Assembly (NCBI GenBank): GCA_900128565.1
Contig: LT635945.1
Location: 1 to 35,346 of the forward strand
Length of the DNA stretch: 35,346 nt
From: Stramenopiles sp. TOSAG23-6
Lineage: Eukaryota
Reading direction: 5' to 3'
Both the position numbers and the translations under genes were made by a program. The notes under the pieces were generated by a model. It did not search any database and was not told the origin of the DNA. It saw only the letters and a program-made list of their open reading frames with translations. Every line of letters begins with the position of its first letter. The first letter of the stretch is position 1. Below are positions 1-12,000 of the stretch, in pieces.

Positions 1-1
1 A

Positions 2-3000
2 CTGAAGTGTGCTGATGGTTTCAGTATAACAGGTAAAACACCATCTTGTTTTGCTGGTCTTTTCGACCCTGGATGGGCTGCATGTATTCCAAGTCCAACA
101 GTGTTACCTCCAAAGGTTGAGACCGAATTTGGTACAGGTGTTGAAGTTCCTAAAACATTCATTGGGGGTGAAATCATCGATCATGGCACAACAGGCGATT
201 TAAGTTGTAGTAAAGGTTTATCTTTGTCAGGGAAACAACCATTTGCTAAAAACGGAAAATTTGATCCTGGAACGATTAAATGTACTTCACCAGGGGCAAA
301 TGATTGTACCGTTCTGAATACTTTAGAGGTGCCTGAATATGGTATTTCTGGTATTGGTTGTATGACTGGTAAAGTTTTGCAACACAATGCAACATGTAAT
401 TTTACTTGTAATGAAGGATACACTTTACAAGGTGAACAACCCAAATGCGCGAATACTAAAATTAGTTTAGGTTCGATAACTTGCACTCCTAACAGCTGTG
501 AAGTTCTTGGTCTTGAAATATCGAACACTAGAACGAATAAGTTTAGCGATTGTTCTAATGGTATGACGATCGCTGACGGCCATGAATGCAATGTTTCCTG
601 TAAGACTGGATATTCTCTAGTGGGTCGAAAACCTTCATGTAATGCCGGAAAGTTTGACATAGGGACTACTACATGTGTACCCGACAGTTGTTTGGTAACA
701 GGTGTACCAACTGTGCAGTCCGGTGACATTGGTAGTGACATTTTCTATAAAACACAACATAGTGTTACCGCTGATGCTAGCGTGGCTAAATATGTGCCAA
801 TTTGTTTTAATGGAATGAGACTTGAGCATGGTCATTTCTGTGCAATTCGGTGTAAAAGTGGATATTCTCATACTGGAAAAAATCCCAGTTGCCATAATGG
901 TACATTTGATCTTGGATGGAAAGTATGTACTCCATCTAATTGCGTTGTGCCTGATAGTATTACAGCTCCTACGAACAGTGACGGTATACCAAGCAACTGC
1001 AAAGCAGCTGCTGTTATGAAACATGGTGATCAGTGTAAGTTCAGTTGTAAAACAAATTTTGTAATATCTGGGGTACCACCAAAATGTCTGTTTGGAAAAT
1101 TTTCTACTGGTAGTGTTAAATGTACAACAGAAGAAAAACAGTACTGCACTGCAAATAATATAAATATACCTACAAATGGTTTCATCGGAAGCAGATGCTC
1201 TAACGGCAAACTCGTGGCGCATGATACGCGTTGTAATATTGGATGTAGTGCCGGGTATGAGTTAGTGGGACAGCAACCTACGTGCTTCAACACAAAGATG
1301 ACACTGGGTTCGCTAAAATGTCAACCAAAAAGATGCGTTGTTCTCGGTCTCTCTCTACCCCATAATATTGAAAACCTTCCTGGTGCATGCGTGAATGGTG
1401 CATCCATCAAAAGTGGTAGTTCGTGTACTTTAATTTGCAAAAAAGGTTATAAAACTGTTGGAGAACAGCCACATTGTTATAATGGCAAGTTTCACGTAGG
1501 ATCTACAAAATGTGTACCTCTAAATTGTGTTATAGATACTTTAAGACAACCTGATAATGGTAAAACACCATCAGAAAATTGTAGTATAGGTGCATACATA
1601 TCACATAATTCACACACATGCAATATTCAATGTAAAAAGGGATATGAGATCAAAGGAGAGCAAGCATCATGTAAATATGGAAAATTTAACCCTGGATGGG
1701 CTACATGTGAACCTCAATCGTGTGTAATCTCAAAGTATGAGTATCTAGGCTGTTTTGCAGATACTAGTGTTCGTGATCTTTCACATCGCGCCATTGGTGC
1801 TGACAAAAAAGTACTCAATGGAGCTAACCGAGAGTCATGTGTGAATGCGTGTATAAGTATGGGCTTTACATATGCCGGGACCCAGTGGTATGGAGAATGT
1901 TGGTGTGGAAATCAATACGGGAAATATGGTGAGAAACCGATTGAAGAATGTAGAACACCTTGCAAAGGGGGTGCAAAAGGTGAAATGTGCGGAGGTGGAT
2001 GGCGTAACTCCATATACAAAGTTCGGGTTCTCCAGAGCCTCGAGAATGGCAATGAAATTCCGAAGGAATGCGCCAACGGTTCACGACTAAAGCATGGCAG
2101 TACTTGTAGTATGAAGTGTAACCCAGGATATGTAATCTCTGGGAACCTTCCATCTTGTTCTTTTGGGGTGTTTGACATAGGAAGTCTCAAGTGTGATATA
2201 AAACAAAGTAATAATATTTGCACTGTTGGGAAAGTTGTTGCGCCAAAGAATGGATATATAGGCCCACTTTGTAAAAAAGACAATTTACTTAAATTAGGAG
2301 AGTCATGTCAAATACGTTGTCAAGATGGCTATAATTTAATAGGAGAACAACCTAAATGTGTTGATACAAACGGTACTTTTGGTGTAACTGTTGGATCTGT
2401 GTCGTGTGTTCCAAAGTCATGCAAAATTAATGGTTTGCAAATACCCAAAAATGGAAATGATATTCCGGGTGATTGCTCAAATGGTTCAAACATTCAACAC
2501 AATAAATCATGCAAGCTTACTTGTACTGATGGCTATACACCAGTTGGAAAGCAACCACATTGTAATGCTGGCAAATTTCATTTTGGAAGCATTAAGTGTG
2601 AACCTAACAGTTGTGCAATTGTTGGGCTAGAATTACCAGACAATTCGACAAATGCTTGGATTACCAAGGGATCGTACTATACTGATGCAACGACTAATGA
2701 TAGACAATGTACTGATGGTGCTATACTTGAACATGGTTCGCGTTGTAGGATAACTTGTAAATCTGGTTATTCTCCAATTGGAGAGGCACCGTATTGCTCT
2801 GCGGGAACATTTCATCCTGGATGGACAATTTGTCAACCACACTCATGTAAAATTCCGGATACTTTCACTGCTCCCCAAAATACAGAAGCTCTGACGTCTG
2901 AATGTACTCCTGGTGTATCTCTCCTTGAGCACGGTGGTGATTGCAAAATAAAATGTAAAGCCAACTTTATTGCATCTGGGAAGCCACCTTCTTGTTCCCT

Positions 3001-6000
3001 TGGCGTCTTTAGTCCTGGCACTATGCAGTGTACACCAGTACAATCTAACGACGGAAGTTGCCTGACCATAGGAAGACGTGCTAGGTATATACGAATTACC
3101 AGTGATAGTCGCTTACATTGCGACAAAGGGTCCGACTGTACGTGGCATGTTCACGATGTTTCGTTTTTAGAAAACTCAACGCCTTTGTCAGGTGTTACAG
3201 CACATAAATGGGCATTTCAAGATGGTAGTCACACTGGTGCTCACATGTTGGATGGAAACAAAACAACCTATTGGGCGCCATTACTAACCGATTGTGGAGA
3301 CACTTGCACTGAATATGGTTCCCAGTGGATTATATTAGACTTCGGCTCCGTCAAAAGGTTTGATAAATGGAAATTTAAACATGATACTTCAACCATAAAA
3401 AATTCAGTAGATCGCATAATTTTTGAAACATCTGAAGATCTTGCATCTTGGTCGAAACCACTTTACTTGAATGTAAATGTTTTAGGCGAGACACAATTTT
3501 CTTTGCCTAGTTTGATTAATGTTCCAGATAATGGTTCAATTGGAACTGTTTGTGGCGATGGACAAACAGTGAAAAAGGATTCGACTTGTTCGTTAGAATG
3601 CGACGCTGGATACTCAATTAGAGGAGAACAACCTCTGTGTGGAAACAATAATGCGTTAAGTAGTGGATCGATTACATGTGTACCGAATAGCTGTATGATC
3701 AAAGGAATAAAACAAATTAAGAACGCGGATCCGTTGCCAGGTAATTGTCGTAATGGAGCTGAATTATTTCATGGAAGAAGTTGTTCAATAAGTTGCGCCG
3801 AGGGCTTTCAATTGTCCGGTAAGCAGCCATGGTGTGATAAAGGTAATTTTCATATGGGTACAATTACTTGTGAACCCCGCAAGTGTATAGTTAAAGGCTT
3901 GAAAACTCCGGCTAATGCGATGCCTCTGCCTAATACTTGTAAAACTGGATCAAAATTGTCACATGGTGATACATGTGAGATATTATGTAATGCGGGGTAT
4001 GAAGTGAAAGGTGAGAAGCCATCGTGCTACCAAGGAAAATTTGATCCTGGATGGATTGAGTGTGTACCCAAAGCTTGTGAAGTTAATTCATCTAAATATA
4101 TAGGTTGTTACAAAGATTCCCCCAATCGTGATCTTAAATATTGGGCCAAAGATTCAAACAATACGGTTTTGCGTCGATCCAATAAAGAAACTTGTGATGA
4201 AGCTTGCAGAGTATTAGGTTATAAATATGCTGGAACACAATGGTATGGAGAATGTTGGTGCGGAAACAAATATGGAAAACATGGCAAGGTATCAGACTCA
4301 GAATGTAATACACCGTGTAAAGGAGGCCCAAAAGGTGAAAATTGTGGAGGCGGATATCGCAATTCCATTTATGAAATCGCGATGTCTTTCCCTGTAAATA
4401 GTGGTGTAATAATTCCTTCAACGTGTAGTATTAGTTCCAAATTAAGTAACAACGAAATGTGTAATCTCACTTGTTTATCGGATGAAGTTCTTTCTGGAAA
4501 ACAGCCTTCGTGTTCTCTTGGTGTATTTGACCCCGGGACAGTGACATGTACCAAGCAGCAAGCTAATGATAAAAGTTGTACAATTGACAGTATTGATCTT
4601 CCCCCAGGTGCTGTAGTTGGACCTATATGTACTAAAGGAAATAAATTAGCTGATTCATCTTCGTGTAGTATAGTTTGTGAAAAAGGAATGAATCTTATAG
4701 GGGATCAACCTAAATGTACAAATGGTGTCATGAGCAAAGGATCACTGAAGTGTGAATTTGCAAAGTGTACTGTTATTGGCATGAGCGTACCTCTCAATGG
4801 TTCTATTTTACCAGGATCGTGTACGAATGGCTCAATAATTGAAGATGAGCATGTTTGTAATATAACATGCAAAGATGGTTATTCACCTTCCGGTATAAAA
4901 CCCTACTGTGCTGAGGGTGAATTTCATAGAGGTTCAGTGACATGCGAACCTGATAATTGTACAATAGTAGGCTTAAAGCAACCGATTAATGGGTTTAAAT
5001 TACCTCCTCGTTGTAAAAATGGGGAATATTTGAAGCACGGAGAATCTTGCCAACTTGAATGTATGGAAGGTTATGATGTACACGGCAATCAGCCAAGTTG
5101 TAGCAAAGGGAAGTTTAACCCTGGTTGGATCAAGTGCACCCCGAAGTTTTGTATTATATCGGATTCGGAGTACATCGGATGTTTTAAAGACAAAATTACG
5201 CGCGATCTTTCATTTCAAGTTAAATCTTTAAAATTGGTTAATACGGAAACTTGTGTGAAAGCATGTAAAGACGCCGGTTATAAATTTGCTGGCACTCAAT
5301 GGTATGGACAATGCTTCTGTGATAATAACTATGGAGATTATGGTGAAGCAGATGAAAAGAAATGTAGTACTAGGTGTAGATCTGGTTCAAACGGGGAAAT
5401 GTGTGGAGGTTCATGGCACAACTCCGTTTATAAAATATTCGAGATTAAAGCTCCAGCGAATGCAAATCCTGTTCCAACAGAATGTAGCAAAGGAAAAGTT
5501 CTGAAACACGGAGAAAAGTGCCCAATGACTTGTAAATCAGGGTTTGCTTTGTCAGGAAAGTTTCCATCGTGTAAGTTTGGTATTATTGATAAAGGAGATA
5601 TTACTTGCACTCAAAAGGTTTCGACAGATTGTACTATTAGCGCCGTAGAACCACTTCTTGAGGGGATTCAAAGTGCGAGTTGCCAAGTTGGATCATTTCT
5701 TGCCGACAAAGAAACTTGTAAATATAAGTGTAAAAGTGGATATACATTACAAGGAGACGCTCCAAAATGTACAAATGCAGTAATGAGTGCTGGAACTTTA
5801 AAATGTGAACCTGATTCGTGTAAAGTATCAAGTATAGTTGTACCTAAATACGGGAAGAATATTCCAGCATCATGCTCTCCAGGTTCGATACTTAAACACG
5901 ATGAAAAATGTCATATTCAATGTAGCGAAGGCTATGCTATATCTGGTATATTACCATATTGTGAAGCTGGAAGATTCCGGCCTGGTTCTTTTAGCTGTGT

Positions 6001-9000
6001 TCCCAAGGATTGTATTGTGACTGGTTTAACATCGCCAAATGGAAAGCCTTTACCCAAGAGTTGTAGTATAGGGGCAACACTGGCTCATGGTCAAGAATGC
6101 AACTTACAATGTAAATCTGGATATTCAACAAAAGGTGTTCAACCTCATTGTGAGGCAGGTAAATTTGACCCAGGTTGGATAAAATGCGAGCCATTGTCGT
6201 GCAAGGTACCTAGTAACTTTACTGTGCCTGCAAATACAAATGAGCTTCCGAGCAATTGTCTTCCAGGTGCCATAATAAATCATGGAGATGTATGTCATTT
6301 GACTTGTAAAAATAATTTTGCTCTTTCAGGCGATCAACCCAGCTGTTCATTTGGAGAATTTTTAAATATTAATGGCATCTCATGCAACACAAAGGTTTCC
6401 CAAGGGAATAAAAAAGATTGTGTTGTCAATATGGGATCCAACGGATCGTATGAGGAAATCCCGGGTGGTTTTAGAACTGCAACTTGTACCGATGGTAATA
6501 TATTAGGAATGAACCAGTCATGTGAAATCGAATGTGAAACTGGGTATACACTTGTTGGAAATCTACCATACTGTAATGATGGTACTATCACTGAACGTTC
6601 TGTAGAATGTGTTCCTAATTCATGTACAGTGTTTGGATTGTATCCACCCATGTATGGTATGGAAATCCCCGGATATTGCAAAACTGGGGCTACACTTCAT
6701 AGCGGTCAGAAATGCGAACTTCATTGTCAGGAGGGTTATGAAATATCTGGGGACCAACCTTCTTGTGAAAACGGCGAATTTAATATTGGGACAATTTCGT
6801 GTGTTCCAAAACCGTGTACTGTAGCAGGTCTTCTCCCATTAGATAATGGGGAATACATGGATCCATGCACTGTTGGGGATAATTTGTCACACGGAGATGA
6901 ATGTAATATAGAATGTTTCAGTGGCTATACACTGCAGGGCAAGGTCCCACAATGTCTATATGGAGAAATGTATCCTGGATGGCCCCGTTGCTCTCCTGAT
7001 CAATGCACAGTAAATGAAACATTTGAGAAACCTGCAAATACCATCGATTTGCCAAACAGTTGTAATCCTGCATTTTGTGGGTCGTCTGCTTTCCCTTGTC
7101 CTATTGGTACACGTGTTATTGCAAAATGGCCTGCGTACGAAGATTTGGAGGATAACCCTTGGTTTGCTGGTACAGTGATTGCTCAGTCGATTATAGATAA
7201 TGAGACCATGTTTCAAATTGAGTTTGTGGATGGGGACTCTGATGAAGTTCATGCACTCGATGTCATACATTGTCCACACCGTGATGATGATTGGGGGAAA
7301 GGGGAAAAGCGTGGAAACCATTTGAGGCCTGATGGATGCAATGCATCTATCCCTGATGGAATGAATTGTGAAATTCAATGTAGTGTTGACTACGCCATTT
7401 CAGGGACACAGCCAAAGTGTAATGCCGGGCTATTAGATGAAGGTGATATTGTATGTCATCAGTATAAATCGAATATAGATTGCAAGGTTACAGCTAATGA
7501 TTGTGTATATGAAAACGGATACCGGTTTAGTAGTGTTGGCGACGAAAAAGAATATGATGGTACAGGTGTTGAAATCCCCGGGAAAAGTGACCATGAAAGC
7601 TGTTCCAAAGGTGTTCTGGCAGATTATCCATCAGCATACGGAGCAACATTTACGGCTACAAAAAAATGTTATGCTGAATTGAGTATTGATATTCCTAGTA
7701 ATCCAAATGCAAGAGGTGTGAAAACTCAACCCACATTTGCGTGGGAGACTTGCATATTCAGTTCTCCAGTTGTAGAACCTGAAAATGGCTTTCTTGGTAA
7801 ATCATGTAAGAACGGGTCGATAATAAAAGATGGCGCGTCGTGTGATGTAAATTGTGATGAAGGTTATTCACTTGAAGGGCAGATGCCTCTATGTACCAAA
7901 GGAAGCTTAGATCCTGGATCTGTCTTATGTGTTCCAAATGGATGTGAAGTAAATGGTCTGGAAAAAATGATACGTGGAAGCTTTTCAGAAAACTGTGCTA
8001 ATGGCTCTCGAATATTAGACGGTGAGGTGTGTGAATTATCGTGCCCAGAAGGATTTGAACCTTCTGGGGATGAACCATATTGTTCTGCGGGTGTTTTTGT
8101 TGCTAATACCATGTCATGCGAGCCTATGAGTTGTATGATACATGGTATTGATGAACCAGAGAATGGCTTTACAAATTGTACTAATGGTGACACTCTAGGG
8201 AACGGGGAAATGTGTGAAGTGGAATGTAATGTTGGTTTTCATTTAGAGGGCGAGCTAGGTTCTTGTTATGATGGAAACTTTGATCCTGGTTGGTCTACTT
8301 GCTCACCTGATGACTGCACTATATCCTCATCTGAGTATATTGGTTGTTTCAGGGATAGTGGGAAACGAGATTTGCCATATAGAATGAAAAAGAATGGCCA
8401 ATACATAAAGAATGCAGACTCTGAACAATGTATTCGTTTATGTGATTTGGCTGGCTATGCTTATGCTGGAACACAATTTTTTGGAGAATGCTGGTGTGGA
8501 AATGATTTTGGCAGATATGGTGAATCTCCAGATGATGAATGCAGTACTGAATGCAAATCAGGTCAAAATGGAGAAATGTGTGGGGGTGTGTGGCGAAATT
8601 CTGTATACTCAATTGGATTTATGGATTCTATTGTAACTCCTGATTCAAATTTAATAATACCCGAAGACTGCGTTGATGGTGCTATTCTGGCACACGGACA
8701 GGAATGCAAGATGAAATGCAAGGATAATTATTCTCTTTCTGGTAAGTTGCCTTCCTGTTCTTATGGTCATATTTATATGGGTGATCCAGTGTGTACAGCA
8801 AAAGCATCTCAAGATTGTGATGTGATGAAAACTGTAACAGGAATGAGTGATACATTTTGCAAATATTACGATGGCAAAGGAACTAATATTCAGCATAAAA
8901 ATCTGAACATTCATGTTGAAACTATAGATAAATGCGTAGATGAAGCCCGCAAAAAATATCCAGATGCAATTGGGTCAAGCTTTAAGCATAAAAATAATCA

Positions 9001-12000
9001 CGGGCATAATTGCTTTGCTTTGATGTATGATAAAGATTCTCCTGTAAAGTTCAATGCTGATAAAAAATGGGAATCTTGTATATTGAGTCTTGGGTTTGCT
9101 CCAAAAAATGGATATATGTCGAATGTGTGTGATTTACGAGCTGTTGTAAAAAATGGGTCTACATGTGCATTGTCGTGTAATGAAGGGTACAGTCTCATAG
9201 GGGAGCAGCCTACTTGCTCCAATACATCATTTAATTCTGGAAGCATTGAATGTATTCCAAATGGATGTACTGTCTCTGGTGTAGTTGTACCTTCATATGG
9301 TGCTCCCATTCCTGGAAATTGTAAAGATGGCGCACAACTCTCTCATCTTCAATCATGTAATCTGAAGTGTCGAAGTGGCTACAATATTACAGGAAAGCAA
9401 CCGTTTTGTGATGCGGGTTTCTTTTCGGCGGGATCAATTGCATGTGAACCTAAGCAGTGTACAGTTATTGGTCTAGAACAACCTAAACATGGAAGACCTT
9501 TACCAGACAATTGCAAAAATGGAAATATATTGTCACACGGATTTGAATGCAATTTATTATGTTTAGACGGATATGACGTAGATGGAGAACAGCCTTCATG
9601 TCATGCAGGAAAGTTTAGTCCTGGTTGGGTAACATGCAAACCGAAATCATGTAGGTATCAGGAATCTGAGTATATTGGGTGTTATGTTGATAAGGGCCAG
9701 CGAGATCTCAAATATTGGGCGAAAGATTCAAAGAATAGAAACATGTCGCAAGCAAATAGAGAAACTTGTGTAGAAGCTTGCAGAAAATTAGGTTATAAGT
9801 ATGCCGGGACACAGTGGTATGGTCAATGCTTCTGTGATAATAATTATGGAGACTANGGAAAGAAAGATGACAAGGAATGTAAGACACCTTGTAAAGCTGG
9901 ACCTAAAGGGGAAATGTGTGGAGGTGGATGGCGTAACTCTGTTTACTCTGTAGGTGTTATTGGTTCAGAAATTCAAAATGCTGCACCTTTACCAGAAGAA
10001 TGTAGACCAGGAAGTATTTTAGAACACAGTAAATCATGTGCTATAACATGTCTCAAAGACTTTACCCCAAAAGGAAAATCGCCTTACTGTCATCTTGGTA
10101 CAATAAAACAAGGAAATCTAACTTGTGCTCCAAAGGAGACGGGTGACTGTGTCATTGATGGATCTGAAATTTCGTTAACATTACCCAATAATAGTTCAGA
10201 TACATCGGTATGTTTATCATATAAAGGTTGCTATCAAGACAATTCGGATAGAGATTTAAAACATCGGATTTCTGGCAAATATAATCGTAAAACATGTGTG
10301 AAAGCATGCAAAAGTGCTGGATTTGCATATGCTGGAACACAATGGTATGGAGAATGCTGGTGTGGAAATACATTTGGAAAATATGGCAAGAAACCGGAGA
10401 AAGATTGCAGAACACCTTGTAAAGTCGGACCAAAAGATGAAATGTGTGGAGGTGGGTGGCGTAATTCCATCTATTTGGTAGATAATATTATTGAAAATGG
10501 ATCTGATTGTGGTATACAATGCAATGAAGGATTTGAAGTTCAGGGTGAACAATCTAAGTGTGTCGATACAAANTTAACCCCCGGAAATCTTACATGTGTT
10601 CCAAAGGGATGTATCGCCATTGGTGTAAAGAAGCCTCTCAATGGGTTACCCGTTCCTGGAGGTTGTATGAACGGTGCAAAAGTTCCACATCTTGGTTCGT
10701 GTAAACTTTCATGTCAAGATGGTTATGTTGTTGGAGGGGAACAGCCATATTGTGTGGCTGGAAAGTTTAATGTTGGATCTGTTACATGTAAACCTAAGNC
10801 TTGTGTGGTTACTGGACTTGTGAAGCCGATTAATGCAGAAACATTATCAAAGTTTTGTAAAAGAGGCACAATGCTGGAACATGGTTCATCTGAATGTAAA
10901 ATCACATGCATTGAAGGATATACAGTGAATGGTGAACAACCTTCATGTGACACGGGTAAGTTTGACCCTGGATGGGTTTCATGCAAACCAAGTAATTGTC
11001 ATGTAACATCCTCAACATACATAGGTTGCTTTAGAGATTCGGGTAAAAGAGATCTTCCCAAGAGATTAAATATTGCAAAAGACAAAGTTAATCATGAAAG
11101 TTGTACGAAAGCTTGCAAAGATCTTGGATATTCTTATGCTGGGACGCAATGGTATGGAGAATGTTGGTGTGGTAATTCATATGGCAAATACGAAAAGAAA
11201 CCAGAAGCAGATTGCAAGACGCCTTGTAAAGGTTTCACAAGTGAAATGTGTGGTGGGGGGTGGCGCAATTCGGTTTATTCTGTTGGGTTTGTGGATGGCA
11301 TTGTAACAAATACATCTAATTTGATAGCCCCAGAAGAATGCAGTGATGGTGAGATTTTGCTTCATGGGGAAAAATGTAAAATGACATGTAAAGAAAATTT
11401 TGCGTTGTCAGGAAAACTTCCTTCGTGCTCTCTTGGTAAATTAAATGCTGGAAGTCCAGTATGTACGGAGAAGGCATCTGGAGATTGTGATGTAGCTGCC
11501 ATCATCAAGGATATGAAGAGTAAAAGTCAAGCAAAATGTACAACTATATTTAGTCGAGTTTCTGGTAAGCAACACAAGCTTATGACAGTACATACTGCAA
11601 ATGCTGAGAAGTGTACTGAAGAAGTACTGAGCAAGCATCCATCTGCAATTGGCTCAAGTTATAAAAACCAAGGGGGTAAAAATTGTTATGCTTTAATATA
11701 CACCAAAGGATATCCTTTACAATTTACAACTTCAAAATCAGACAAGGCGTGGCAAACATGCATATTTAGTCTAGGGCTTTCCCCTGAGCATGGATTTACA
11801 ACTCCCGTATGTCGATACGATGCTATTGTTAAAAAAGATTCTTCTTGTTCACTACAATGTAATGAAGGCTATACAATAAGTGGCACGCAGCCTGTTTGTT
11901 CAAACGGTGCATTTAGTGCTGGAAGTATCAAATGTACTCCTAATGATTGTATTGTTGCTGGTATAGAAGAGATAGTCAATGGTGCGTCGATTCCTGGAAA

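Noticed and set aside
101-103. GTG start codon of the 11030-aa ORF
   Set aside because: The frame continues upstream to the window edge with in-register repeat sequence and no signal peptide follows, so it is an internal Val.
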